Source of the DNA: a virus | Reading direction: 5' to 3' (one strand) | IMG/VR virus record: IMGVR_UViG_3300044911_000926 | Coordinates: 2,908-66,907 of that record | DNA: 64,000 nucleotides | Shown: positions 16,041-24,911 of the stretch, one piece after another | Numbering within the stretch: the stretch's first letter is position 1 | How the letters are laid out: each line of letters opens with the position of its first letter | Translations under genes and position numbers: made by a program | Notes under the pieces: generated by a model | The model's database searches: none | What the model saw: only the letters and a program-made list of their open reading frames with translations | What the model was told of the DNA's origin: nothing

Positions 16041-16526
16041 ATGTCAATAATGAAAACCAGGGAATATCCTTGCATCATCAAGGGCCACAAGGACGGTGAC
16101 ACGATCGTTGTGGACATCGACAAAGGCTTCAGCGACTGGAAGCACGACGTTCCACTGAGGCTGAGGAAGATTGACACAGCAGAGACGGACGATCCAGACC
16201 CAAGGATCAGGGCTGTAGGAGAGGCTGCCAAGGCCTTTGTCCAGAAGATGCTTGTGATCGGTCAGGAGTACATGATCCAGACGCACAAGATTAGGAACAA
16301 GGAGGAACAAGAGAAGTTTGGGCGCTACGTTGCGGACTTCTGGGTCACAAGGAACGGAGCCACGACGAATCAGTCCTTGTGGCCGTTGACCACAATCATG
16401 ACTTTCGAGGGCTACGCTGTCTCGTATCCCAAGCCAATCAATCGAGAGGCGTTGCGTGAGTTCCACATCCAGAACTACGACAAACTGGTTCTTGCCAGAG
16501 TGATAGAGCCGGTTCCTGATGCTTGA
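16041..16526 (+). CDS. thermonuclease (SNase-like)
   Basis: DGDTI..DID.GF, RL..IDTAE and KFGRY.AD motifs. Confidence 0.88.
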   Translation: MSIMKTREYPCIIKGHKDGDTIVVDIDKGFSDWKHDVPLRLRKIDTAETDDPDPRIRAVGEAAKAFVQKMLVIGQEYMIQTHKIRNKEEQEKFGRYVADFWVTRNGATTNQSLWPLTTIMTFEGYAVSYPKPINREALREFHIQNYDKLVLARVIEPVPDA

Positions 16527-16609
16527 CTTGCACTTGGTATTCCCGTAGCCTGAAACCGACATCCAAACTGTTGGACTGTTCAATTACCCACGCAAACGAG
16601 GACGATTCG

Positions 16610-16708
16610 ATGAAGAAAGGGACTGCTTACCCCGCTGGCATGAAGGGCGGGATGAAAGGTGGCAAAGGCGGGAAGGGCGGAAAAGGCGGCAAGGGAAGCT
16701 GCAAGTAG
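16610..16708 (+). CDS. 32-aa Gly/Lys-rich peptide
   Basis: GAGG RBS; MKKGTAYPAGMKGGMKGGKGGKGGKGGKGSCK. Confidence 0.55.
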   Translation: MKKGTAYPAGMKGGMKGGKGGKGGKGGKGSCK

Positions 16709-16719
16709 CCGAATAGATC

Positions 16720-16791
16720 GCTGGTCGTTGCATAGATGCAAGTGCTTTCCTCCCGGGCACTCCTCTAACGAGGGCGACCAGCCTTTTTTTT
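16720..16791 (+). ncRNA. four-way-junction small RNA/terminator
   Basis: closing stem GCTGGTCG/CGACCAGC enclosing three hairpins with no unpaired junction bases, then T8. Confidence 0.6.
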
Positions 16792-16807
16792 ACAATCTGA
16801 GGTGATC

Positions 16808-16945
16808 GTGCCGCTAAAGAAAGGTTGTAGTTCAAAGGTCGTGTCAGGGAACATCCGAGAGATGATCAAGTCTGGCAGGCCTCAGAAAGTCGCTGTCGCT
16901 GCTGCGATGAGCACCAAGGCCAAGTCGAACTGCAAGAAGAAGTAG
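16808..16945 (+). CDS. small basic phage protein (MPLKKG.S...S.NIRE family)
   Basis: GAGG RBS, GTG start, 45 aa. Confidence 0.75.
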   Translation: MPLKKGCSSKVVSGNIREMIKSGRPQKVAVAAAMSTKAKSNCKKK

Positions 16946-16996
16946 TTTCGCTAGGCTTCTCAAACGAGTCCACAACGCCAACACAAGGCAATCGAG

Positions 16997-17215
16997 ATGG
17001 CAGGCAAGCCGAACAAAGGCAAGGCAGTCCGAGTGACTGTCGATGGCAAGACGAGGAGCGTAGGCCAAGCAGGCCGAACTCCACAACCGGGGACAGCGAA
17101 GGGTGATGCGTACTGCGCAAGATCCGCAGGCATCCCTAAGTGTGACAACCCTCCGTGCCCGAACGACATCTCCAGAAAGCGATGGGGCTGTAAGGGCAAA
17201 AAGAGTTACGGCTGA
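16997..17215 (+). CDS. small basic phage protein (AYCARS...RW.C motif)
   Basis: motif common near phage packaging genes. Confidence 0.75.
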   Translation: MAGKPNKGKAVRVTVDGKTRSVGQAGRTPQPGTAKGDAYCARSAGIPKCDNPPCPNDISRKRWGCKGKKSYG

Positions 17216-17269
17216 TTGTAGTCGGCCTAAGTTCGTTTGCCGGTGTTGGAACTCAAAGAAACCGAGCCT

Positions 17270-17482
17270 TTAATCCTTCTCGTCGGACTTCTTCTTGATC
17301 TCTCTGATCGCAAGTGCAGCCTTCCTAGCGTCGGCCATCGTGACCCCGTAGGAGTTGCCAATCACAACGGTATCGACGTTGGCTCTCTTTATGGACCGAT
17401 GCAGGGATCGAGGAACGATCCGTCGACCGAGAGACTGGCTGAGTATCCGAGCGGCTTCGGAGATGGAGTAAAGTTTGGTCAT
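17270..17482 (-). CDS. small HTH DNA-binding protein (excisionase/HTH_17-like)
   Basis: LYSISEAARIL...; own leftward promoter TTGACT-N16-TATCAT (17556-17529). Confidence 0.7.
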   Translation of the reverse strand: MTKLYSISEAARILSQSLGRRIVPRSLHRSIKRANVDTVVIGNSYGVTMADARKAALAIREIKKKSDEKD

Positions 17483-17699
17483 TTGTAAAAAAACGTCATG
17501 GAGGTCTTGCTATCCTGAAACAGTTGATATGATACCTAGTGTCGCAAACGAGTCAATCGTGACGTTGCGTCACAAAGTCCGACTGTCGTGGAATGCTGGC
17601 ACCGGAGCCCCTTGCTAACTACGGGTAGCGAGACAAGGTAAACAAGCACTCCCCACCATTCAGCGTCGGTACTTCCAGGACGCCCAGAGAATGGACCGT

Positions 17700-17733
17700 G
17701 ATGCCAAGGCTAATAACCTTGGCATCGCTTTTT
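17700..17733 (+). terminator. intrinsic terminator
   Basis: GATGCCAAGG/CCTTGGCATC stem followed by T5. Confidence 0.75.
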
Positions 17734-17757
17734 ATCTACACAATCTAACGGGAGAGA

Positions 17758-18402
17758 ATGATGGAGTCGGAAGAACAGGTATTGGTGATACCGGCGAAGG
17801 AAGCCGAGGTCTTTACGAAGAATGCTGGCTTGTCGTTTTTCAGCCCAAGAGGAATTGATCGCATATATTCTGCCGACACCTTCATTCCGAGGTCTGTTGC
17901 AGAGCACGACCCGTCGCATCTCCAGATCATTCCGTATGTAGTATTCTTCATCCGTCCATTCGACGGTTCTGAAGAAAAGGTTTTCTCGTACTGCCGTGGC
18001 TCAAAAGGTGGAGAGTCCAGGCTTCATGCCAAAAGATCGATAGGCATCGGTGGACACGTCAACAGTGCAGACGATGCAATGAAGATGGGTTCAAAGAATT
18101 TCGATACATTTAGCATCGGAATGCTACGAGAGATCAGAGAGGAAGTCGAGTTCGATCTCGCTTGGAATCACACTGGGGTAGGTACGATATATGACCCATC
18201 TAGTGAGGTGGGACGAGTCCACCTTGGCGTTCTTGCAGTGGTAGAACTGCGGACAGATTTCATTAAGCCAAGAGATACGAGCATCGTGGACGCTGGACTT
18301 CAGCCAGTCAGCAAGGTCGTCAGTGAGATTGATCTTTACGAGACATGGAGCCAGATGGTGATCGAAGGATTCCTCAAGGACATAGGTGAATTTATCCCAT
18401 GA
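17758..18402 (+). CDS. NUDIX-family phosphoesterase (COG4112/YmaB-like)
   Basis: E.DP...QIIPY, GESRLH..SIGIGGH, REIREE and VGRVHLG motifs. Confidence 0.88.
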   Translation: MMESEEQVLVIPAKEAEVFTKNAGLSFFSPRGIDRIYSADTFIPRSVAEHDPSHLQIIPYVVFFIRPFDGSEEKVFSYCRGSKGGESRLHAKRSIGIGGHVNSADDAMKMGSKNFDTFSIGMLREIREEVEFDLAWNHTGVGTIYDPSSEVGRVHLGVLAVVELRTDFIKPRDTSIVDAGLQPVSKVVSEIDLYETWSQMVIEGFLKDIGEFIP

Positions 18403-18866
18403 TCTTCGCAATAGACCCAGGAACATCCCAGAGCGGCTACGTCATCATCGATAACGACGTAGGCCTCATCCACGACTGCGGGGTCATAGACAACTTCAAG
18501 TTGAAACTCATGATCCGCGAGCACTTCGACCGTATTCCTACGACGGTCTTAGTAATGGAAATGATCGGATCAATGGGGATGGCAGTCGGCAAGGAAGTAT
18601 TCGAGACCTGTGTTTGGATAGGCAGGTTTATGGAGGCTTGGCCAGGAGTGACCAAGCTGGTCTATCGCAACCAGATCAAGGTTAATTTGTGCGGAACCAC
18701 CAGGGCCAAAGACGGCAACATCAGACAGGCGTTAATCGACATGTACGGCGGATCTAAAGCGATTGGAACCAAGAATGAGCCAGGGCCGCTCTACCGTGTC
18801 AAGTCGCACGCATGGTCAGCCCTGGCTGTTGCGCAGTACGCAATTGATCACTTAGCTGATCATTGA
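18399..18866 (+). CDS. ruvC: RuvC-like Holliday junction resolvase
   Basis: IFAIDPG..SGY, E in strand 4, H.WSALAVA. Confidence 0.8.
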   Translation: MIFAIDPGTSQSGYVIIDNDVGLIHDCGVIDNFKLKLMIREHFDRIPTTVLVMEMIGSMGMAVGKEVFETCVWIGRFMEAWPGVTKLVYRNQIKVNLCGTTRAKDGNIRQALIDMYGGSKAIGTKNEPGPLYRVKSHAWSALAVAQYAIDHLADH

Positions 18867-19880
18867 CTTGCGTCCTGCTAGTTTTGAGAGCCTGACGTTC
18901 TCCCAGTCAGGCATGGTCTCTGCGTTGAACTTCTTTGCCACCGAGAACAGGTTCGAGTACCTCGGCAACTGAGACGGATCGGTAATCCCGAGGATCTTAA
19001 TGCCTTTCTCGATCCAGTAGGGCCTGACCCACATCATCTTCCTGGGCTGGGTGATCCACATCTTCTTGAGGATTGGAGTCATCTTGCAGAGTCCAGCCTC
19101 GACCCTGCGACGATTCTCCATTTCGATTGCGATCTCGACGAACGTGTAGTGTTCCTCGTCACGCAGTCGGACAACTTCTTTCATGACCTTGCGTTTCTCG
19201 ATGTCCCAGACAACGTATTCCCGTTCGTTCTTCTTGATGGACATAGTCCCGTGCATCAACTGGGTAGGTTCGCCGTTCATCTTCTTGGACGACAATCCGT
19301 CCCGGATACGCTGGGACAACATGGTGGCCTCAGCCTCTGCGAAGCTCGCAATCATGGTTAGGATCACCTTGCCCATCGGAGTGTCGCTATTGAGCGAAAC
19401 GCCGTTCATATTGACGATATGGAGGGTGATCCTGTTCTCCGCGAACCAGTCGGTCATCCGGCAGAAGTCTGAGACCTTCCTCCACATCCGGTCGATCTTG
19501 TCGATGATCAGGTGGTCTCCTGGTCGGAGTTGATTGACAAGCCTTCTTCCGGCAGGGCGGTCCACAAACGGGGTTTTGCTGGCTGACATCCCCTTGCCGT
19601 CCTCGTGGAAATCACCCCAGACGACACCGTCGTCCTTCAGGTACATCTCGTAGTACCGATTTGCACGCACTTTCTGGTCTGGAATCGAGTTGTCCTTCTC
19701 GTACTGCGAGAACGAGGAGACGCGACCGTATGCGAAGGCCACAGGAGGACCCTCGCGACGGGTATTGATGGTGGGCAACGCCGTGACCTTGCGTCGTTTC
19801 ATCGGAGCGTCGTGCAACGCAGCCTCAGAAATCATCTTCTGTGCTGCTTTCGGGTCAAACAATTTATCGACGGCTATCAT
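18852..19880 (-). CDS. serine site-specific recombinase (resolvase family with C-terminal extension)
   Basis: YGRVSS..Q, G.SAS...RP, GD.LII.KIDR..R and FAEAE..MLSQRIRDG motifs. Confidence 0.9.
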   Translation of the reverse strand: MIAVDKLFDPKAAQKMISEAALHDAPMKRRKVTALPTINTRREGPPVAFAYGRVSSFSQYEKDNSIPDQKVRANRYYEMYLKDDGVVWGDFHEDGKGMSASKTPFVDRPAGRRLVNQLRPGDHLIIDKIDRMWRKVSDFCRMTDWFAENRITLHIVNMNGVSLNSDTPMGKVILTMIASFAEAEATMLSQRIRDGLSSKKMNGEPTQLMHGTMSIKKNEREYVVWDIEKRKVMKEVVRLRDEEHYTFVEIAIEMENRRRVEAGLCKMTPILKKMWITQPRKMMWVRPYWIEKGIKILGITDPSQLPRYSNLFSVAKKFNAETMPDWENVRLSKLAGRKSMIS

Positions 19881-19926
19881 TGTAATTCCAATTTACGGGT
19901 TGAGTAACGAAAAGACTGATACTCAA

Positions 19927-19942
19927 TGTCATATTCGCGACA
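19927..19942. promoter_or_regulatory. TGTC-N8-GACA operator upstream of the recombinase
   Basis: TGTCATATTCGCGACA. Confidence 0.55.
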
Positions 19943-20069
19943 ACAAATTTAATCAAGCGATTTTTCCTAGAAATTCCCAAGATAGTTGCACACCACTGTT
20001 CAAGTGTGTTAAATACATCTGATTCGCGAATTGAAAGTCGCGTAATGATTTGCGTAACAACCGCACACT

Positions 20070-21239
20070 TTGGGTAATCTGATGGGACTTGATGACGATT
20101 CGACGTTGAGCGGAAGCGAGTTCACCGATGCACTTGCTGCTGCGACTGCTACGGCACCTGCACCACAGGCTCCGGTCGCTGACCCTACGCCTGCTCCTTC
20201 GAGTCCTCCCCCAGTTGAGCCAGTCCAGCCTCCTCCAGCCCAGCCAGACCCTGCTCCGCCGACTCCGGACCCTGCTCCGGCACAACCGCCTCGTGCCGTC
20301 GAGCCTCCGCAGCAAAGACAGGACGATACGCTGTCGATTCTGAGGAAGTCTGCTCGCCAGATGGGCCTCGACATCGCAGACGAATCCAGTGCCGAGGAAG
20401 CCCTTTTGGTGGCGTTGCAGAACATGCACGCACTCAAGGTGGCACAGCAGCAGATGGCTGCACAGAAGCCCGTTCCAGAGCCCGCAAAGGCAGATCCGGT
20501 CAAGAAGTCGGACGAATTTGACCCAGACGCCTACTTCGGTGAGAAGTGGGGAGTCAGTTGGTCGCCGGAATACGATCAGGCGATCACGAGCGGCATCGTT
20601 ACTCAGGACCCAGCGACTGGCATGTACATTGCCAAGCCCGGGTTCGAGAGCGTTGCCAACCCGATCCTGCCCAAGATGAACGAGTCCGCTCGGGCGATCA
20701 GCCAGAAGTGGCAAGGAATCACCCGCAGCAACTTTTACAAAGACGTTTACAACGTCACCAAGGACCCGATCCTTCGAGAAGTCGATCGAATTGTCCAGCA
20801 GAGGATCGCAGAGATCCAGAGCCGGACCACAAGTCAAAACGTGGTCGAAAAGTTCGAGTCGGAGAACGCCTCGTGGATCTACACGCAAGATCCGGTCACG
20901 AAGCAGCAGGTCCCGACCCAGGATGGCGAAAGGCTCATCAGTGCCGTTCAGGCTATGTACGCCCAGGGGCTAGAGCCTAGCCAGGCGATCCAGCAGGCCT
21001 TGTTCATCACGGGCCTCAACAACCGAACAAGCAAGCAGGCAGCCCCTGCACCGGCACCTGTCGCACCAGCAGTGCCTCCACCAAGCCAGAGTCCGCAACA
21101 ATCGTTTCTGGAGAAGGCGAGGAATGCAAACGCATACTCGCCAAACGCTACTGGACCGGGTGTGGACCCGGGCCTTCAGATCAACAACGAAGCTGATCTG
21201 GATACTTTGTTCACCCGGTCTCTATTACTCTCCAGGTAA
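20070..21239 (+). CDS. putative capsid scaffolding protein
   Basis: Pro/Ala-rich disordered N-terminus; immediately upstream of the capsid gene. Confidence 0.65.
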   Translation: MGNLMGLDDDSTLSGSEFTDALAAATATAPAPQAPVADPTPAPSSPPPVEPVQPPPAQPDPAPPTPDPAPAQPPRAVEPPQQRQDDTLSILRKSARQMGLDIADESSAEEALLVALQNMHALKVAQQQMAAQKPVPEPAKADPVKKSDEFDPDAYFGEKWGVSWSPEYDQAITSGIVTQDPATGMYIAKPGFESVANPILPKMNESARAISQKWQGITRSNFYKDVYNVTKDPILREVDRIVQQRIAEIQSRTTSQNVVEKFESENASWIYTQDPVTKQQVPTQDGERLISAVQAMYAQGLEPSQAIQQALFITGLNNRTSKQAAPAPAPVAPAVPPPSQSPQQSFLEKARNANAYSPNATGPGVDPGLQINNEADLDTLFTRSLLLSR

Positions 21240-21249
21240 GGATTAAAAG

Positions 21250-22365
21250 ATGGCAGCAGACGAGTGGGTTGGCATAGTCGAAACCACAATGCCGAAGTTC
21301 ATGAAGGGTGCTTCGGACATGACTATGCGCAAGCGACTATTGCTTGCACAGGCACAGAAGCGAGGCCGAGTCGCGTTCAATGCGAGCGGGACCGAACTCG
21401 TTTGGCAGTTGGAGTTCAGTCAGCCTCCGATCACGCAGAACGGCGACGGCTCCGTCCTCGATTTCTCGAACCACCGAGCGTACCGACAGGTGTCGATCGA
21501 ATGGGGTGGGTACGTCGGGACTGACACGCTGACCACGAAGCAGAACCTCATGAACCGAGGTACTGAGCAGTTGGTCAACCTGTTCCAGTCCAAGACGAAC
21601 AACCTGCGAAAATCGATCACCGACACGTTCGCTGGCGAGTTGTATCGCGACGGAAGTACTGCCGGTCGCGAGAACGCGATCCACGGGTTGGAGACCTTCA
21701 TGGGTGCAGGCACCTGTGCGGCGACCGACCGGATTGCAGTCCCGAGCGACACCTACGGCTTGGGTCAGTTGTCGACCCAACTCGGTGCTTACGGCGGCTC
21801 GTGGTCGAGTGCGTTGAGCACCAAGCCGAACTCGACGATCGCGACGGACTGGCCTGACGGTTCGGGTACTTCCGAGTACGATTTCAACGCACCGAAGTTG
21901 ATCAACTGGTCGTCCTCGAACTGGGGCACTGGTGCGACGACTTGGGAAGCCAATGCTTGGCGAGTCGTTTCTCAGGCCATTACCTGGCTCACCACGACCG
22001 GTGGTGACGACGGAATGCCGACGCTCGGAGCGATGGCCTCGGACTTGTTCCAGGGCTACAAGAACGCCCAGGAAGTCAAGACTCGGATCACGGTTCCCCA
22101 CAAGGAGTCGCAGGACCTCGGGTTCGGCATGACGCTCAACCAAGACGGCGTCGGACTGTACCCGGACTTCGACTGCCCAGTCGGGACCGGATACTTCATC
22201 AACGTCAACCAGATGAAGATCCACGCCTTGACGCCGCAGTTGTTCTGGTACGAAGGCCCTGACAAGGACCCACGCAGCAACTGGTCGTACCTGTGGGGCA
22301 TCGGCTTCTACGGCAACGTGGAATACAAGCCGAAGCATTTCGCGAAGATCAAGTCTTACGCATAA
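21250..22365 (+). CDS. major capsid protein
   Basis: 371 aa, strong codon bias, LY.DG....N.IHGLE and D.DCP.GT.YFIN pattern; position. Confidence 0.85.
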   Translation: MAADEWVGIVETTMPKFMKGASDMTMRKRLLLAQAQKRGRVAFNASGTELVWQLEFSQPPITQNGDGSVLDFSNHRAYRQVSIEWGGYVGTDTLTTKQNLMNRGTEQLVNLFQSKTNNLRKSITDTFAGELYRDGSTAGRENAIHGLETFMGAGTCAATDRIAVPSDTYGLGQLSTQLGAYGGSWSSALSTKPNSTIATDWPDGSGTSEYDFNAPKLINWSSSNWGTGATTWEANAWRVVSQAITWLTTTGGDDGMPTLGAMASDLFQGYKNAQEVKTRITVPHKESQDLGFGMTLNQDGVGLYPDFDCPVGTGYFINVNQMKIHALTPQLFWYEGPDKDPRSNWSYLWGIGFYGNVEYKPKHFAKIKSYA

Positions 22366-22427
22366 GCAGGCAGGTCGGTCGATACTGACCTTTTGTTTCA
22401 AGTTCATTCAAAAGAGGAAATTTTACG

Positions 22428-23033
22428 ATGGCTGATACAGTCACGGGCCTGCCGAAGCGAGGGTACACTTACCACGGCGGGACCCCTGCAAACATTGACG
22501 GATCGAAGGCGATCGAGGGCCACCCGATGGCCTTTGCCGACGATTACCCGGACGGTCCTGGTGTTCGGATCAAGCGAAGCGACGACGTTGTCGAAGCGAT
22601 TTTGGTTCGGAACACCTCTGGCGCAGCACTGTTGCCAGGCAGGCTCGTTCGGTGGAAGTCCGGGTCTCGAAGGCGAGAGGTTGACGGCTACACCAATGCC
22701 ACGGCAGGCGAAGTGGCCGGTGTCGTTGACGATCAGTTGCCATCGACCGGCGTTGCCAACAACGACCTGTTCTGGCTGATCGTTAAGGGTCACGCCTTGA
22801 TCAAGACGCCTCTCGCCGGAGACAGTGGAAACGTCTTTTCTGCCGGTGACATTGTCGTGGCGTTGACTGCGGTTACGAGCGGTGCAACGACTGCCGGTCG
22901 TCCCGCTGTCCTTGCGACCGCAGCGACTACGAACACCGCAGCGGCGATCGTCAACCGATTCGCTCGGGTTGTTTCAGCGATGACCACGGCTCAGACCAAC
23001 GCAAATATGTTGGTCTACACGGACGTTCGCTGA
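22428..23033 (+). CDS. putative capsid decoration/cement protein
   Basis: 201 aa, Ala/Thr/Gly-rich, follows the capsid gene and precedes a terminator. Confidence 0.65.
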   Translation: MADTVTGLPKRGYTYHGGTPANIDGSKAIEGHPMAFADDYPDGPGVRIKRSDDVVEAILVRNTSGAALLPGRLVRWKSGSRRREVDGYTNATAGEVAGVVDDQLPSTGVANNDLFWLIVKGHALIKTPLAGDSGNVFSAGDIVVALTAVTSGATTAGRPAVLATAATTNTAAAIVNRFARVVSAMTTAQTNANMLVYTDVR

Positions 23034-23052
23034 TCCTGTACTCTTGACGGGT

Positions 23053-23097
23053 GAGGGGGTCTGTATCGCCAGACGGTACAGGCCCCCTCGGGGTTTT
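23053..23097 (+). terminator. terminator after the capsid operon
   Basis: 16-bp stem 23053-23068/23074-23089 then GGGGTTTT. Confidence 0.7.
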
Positions 23098-23112
23098 AAC
23101 TTAGGTTTCGAG

Positions 23113-23337
23113 ATGGCTATTTCGCGACAACAGATCGACGAATGGTTTGGTGACAAGTCCAAGCCGAACATTGCACAGAAGGACTGTCTCGAAGTGGAGC
23201 AGATCCGGATGGATGCCAAGCGTTTTGCTTTGACGATCGTCTCCAACTCGAAGCCAAGTTCAGACCAGTCGGTAGCAGTCCGCAAGGTCCGAGAGGCCAT
23301 GTGCAGTGCTTTCGACGCAATTAGGTTCGGAGATTAG
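23113..23337 (+). CDS. Acb2/Tad1-like helical-hairpin protein
   Basis: WF...IR..AK.FA..I..N..PS.DQSVAVRKVREA...A..AI. Confidence 0.55.
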   Translation: MAISRQQIDEWFGDKSKPNIAQKDCLEVEQIRMDAKRFALTIVSNSKPSSDQSVAVRKVREAMCSAFDAIRFGD

Positions 23338-23366
23338 TTTCACTTCACCAACACAGGCTGCCAACA

Positions 23367-24905
23367 ATGCAGGTTCCTAAGTTAGACGTGTTCGTTGCGT
23401 TCCTCACCTTCGGCGGGAACGGTAGCGTTTCAACGATCATCCCATCCCATTCCGACTGGCTCGCCGAGACGGCACTCAAGGCCAGCAAGGACGAGCGTGT
23501 AGGACGCTTTGACTGGGGTAGGTTCGGCGACATTCCGCTGGACGTAGAGCGAAACAAGATCGCTCAGTACGCCAAGGACAACGGCTACGACGTTCTGATC
23601 ATGCTCGACTCAGACAACTTCATCGACAAGTACGTCGGTCACAATCCAGAGGCGAAGCCATTCTGGGATTCGAGCTTCCACTTCCTGTACCAGAGGAAGA
23701 TCCACGGGCTGCCCACGGTGGTCTGCTGTCCGTACTGCGGACCTCCACCGGACGACATCCGAGGCGGGTTGGAGAACGTCTACGTCTTTTACTTCGGGAA
23801 CAAGGAGACGCGAGATCCTGATGCTCCGCTGGGACCGATCGAACTGATGCCGTACAGCCGTGACCATGCGGCGATGATGACTGGGATTCATCCGATCGGA
23901 GCGGGTCCAACTGGGGTCATCATGTACTCGATGGACAGTTTTGACCTGTTCCCTCCGACGTATCCGAAGGAGCAGATCCTCGACGAGTTGCTCTCAGGCA
24001 AACACACGAAGGAGCGAGCGATTCAGTTGCTCAATCGTCAGGGTTGGTTCTTCTACGAGACCGACCACCGCAGGACGAAGAAGGAGAGTACCGAGGACGT
24101 GACGAACACTCGGGAGATCCAGTTGGCAGGCGTGCTCAAGCACCACGAGCCTGTCGTGTTCTGCAACTGGGACGCATGGGCAGGTCACTGGAAGCCGAAG
24201 TGTGTCGGCAAGCCAACGAACCTTCCGATCGAGGCGGTCTGCAACATGTTCAGGCACGCAGTCGAGAGCAACGTCTCTGTCCACGACAGGGGCATCTACG
24301 TTGACACGACCGATTCCTTGCCTCCGTATGAAGGGCCGATCATGGAGATTCGAGAGGACGAGCCGAAGCAGGAGCCTGTCCAACAGACCGAGATTGTCCT
24401 TGGCAAGAAGGTGGACTTGTCAAAGGAGGGCGTCTCGAAGGAGTCGCTGGAGCGAGTCAACCAGATTGCTTCAGGCATTGCAGCGTCTGGTCATGCGAGG
24501 GTGATAACGCTCAACGACCAGACAGGCATCGTCTCGAATTCCGTTGTCTACAAAAACAAAAACACACTCTGCTATAGAATTGTCGACCACGAAACAATAA
24601 CAGGCTCGATATCGACAAAAGACGGAGGCAGGTATGCAGAGATCAAGAGGGTTAATTACGACCAGTTCGATCCGCAGGATGTCGACCTCATTGTCTATTC
24701 TTACTCCAAGATCCAGCCAGAGAACGCCTTTGACGCCATTGAGGCACTCAAGCACGTCAAGGAAGGTGGCAAGATGCTAGTGCTCACTAAGAGCGATGAG
24801 CACGCCAAGGCTTTTTCAGACGACTTCCTTACGTGGAATCTGAAGCACTGCGAGTGCGTTGCAGAGGGCAGCATCGTCCACATTCAGGTCAACCGACAAG
24901 GATGA
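23367..24905 (+). CDS. GT-A glycosyltransferase-like protein with degenerate methyltransferase-like C-terminus
   Basis: RNKIA....GYDVLIMLDSD (DxD), TGV, STEDV, GHWK; C-terminal LKHVKEGGKMLV. Confidence 0.7.
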   Translation: MQVPKLDVFVAFLTFGGNGSVSTIIPSHSDWLAETALKASKDERVGRFDWGRFGDIPLDVERNKIAQYAKDNGYDVLIMLDSDNFIDKYVGHNPEAKPFWDSSFHFLYQRKIHGLPTVVCCPYCGPPPDDIRGGLENVYVFYFGNKETRDPDAPLGPIELMPYSRDHAAMMTGIHPIGAGPTGVIMYSMDSFDLFPPTYPKEQILDELLSGKHTKERAIQLLNRQGWFFYETDHRRTKKESTEDVTNTREIQLAGVLKHHEPVVFCNWDAWAGHWKPKCVGKPTNLPIEAVCNMFRHAVESNVSVHDRGIYVDTTDSLPPYEGPIMEIREDEPKQEPVQQTEIVLGKKVDLSKEGVSKESLERVNQIASGIAASGHARVITLNDQTGIVSNSVVYKNKNTLCYRIVDHETITGSISTKDGGRYAEIKRVNYDQFDPQDVDLIVYSYSKIQPENAFDAIEALKHVKEGGKMLVLTKSDEHAKAFSDDFLTWNLKHCECVAEGSIVHIQVNRQG

Positions 24906-24911
24906 TGTCCA

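Noticed and set aside
20130-20320. Pro/Ala-rich quasi-repeats (also 32280-32345 and 51960-52060)
   Set aside because: Ordinary low-complexity protein linkers, not DNA repeat elements.
19953-22407. Long antisense ORFs (19953-20888, 21337-22407; also 32880-33692)
   Set aside because: Shadows of strongly codon-biased plus-strand genes, with no motifs or RBS.
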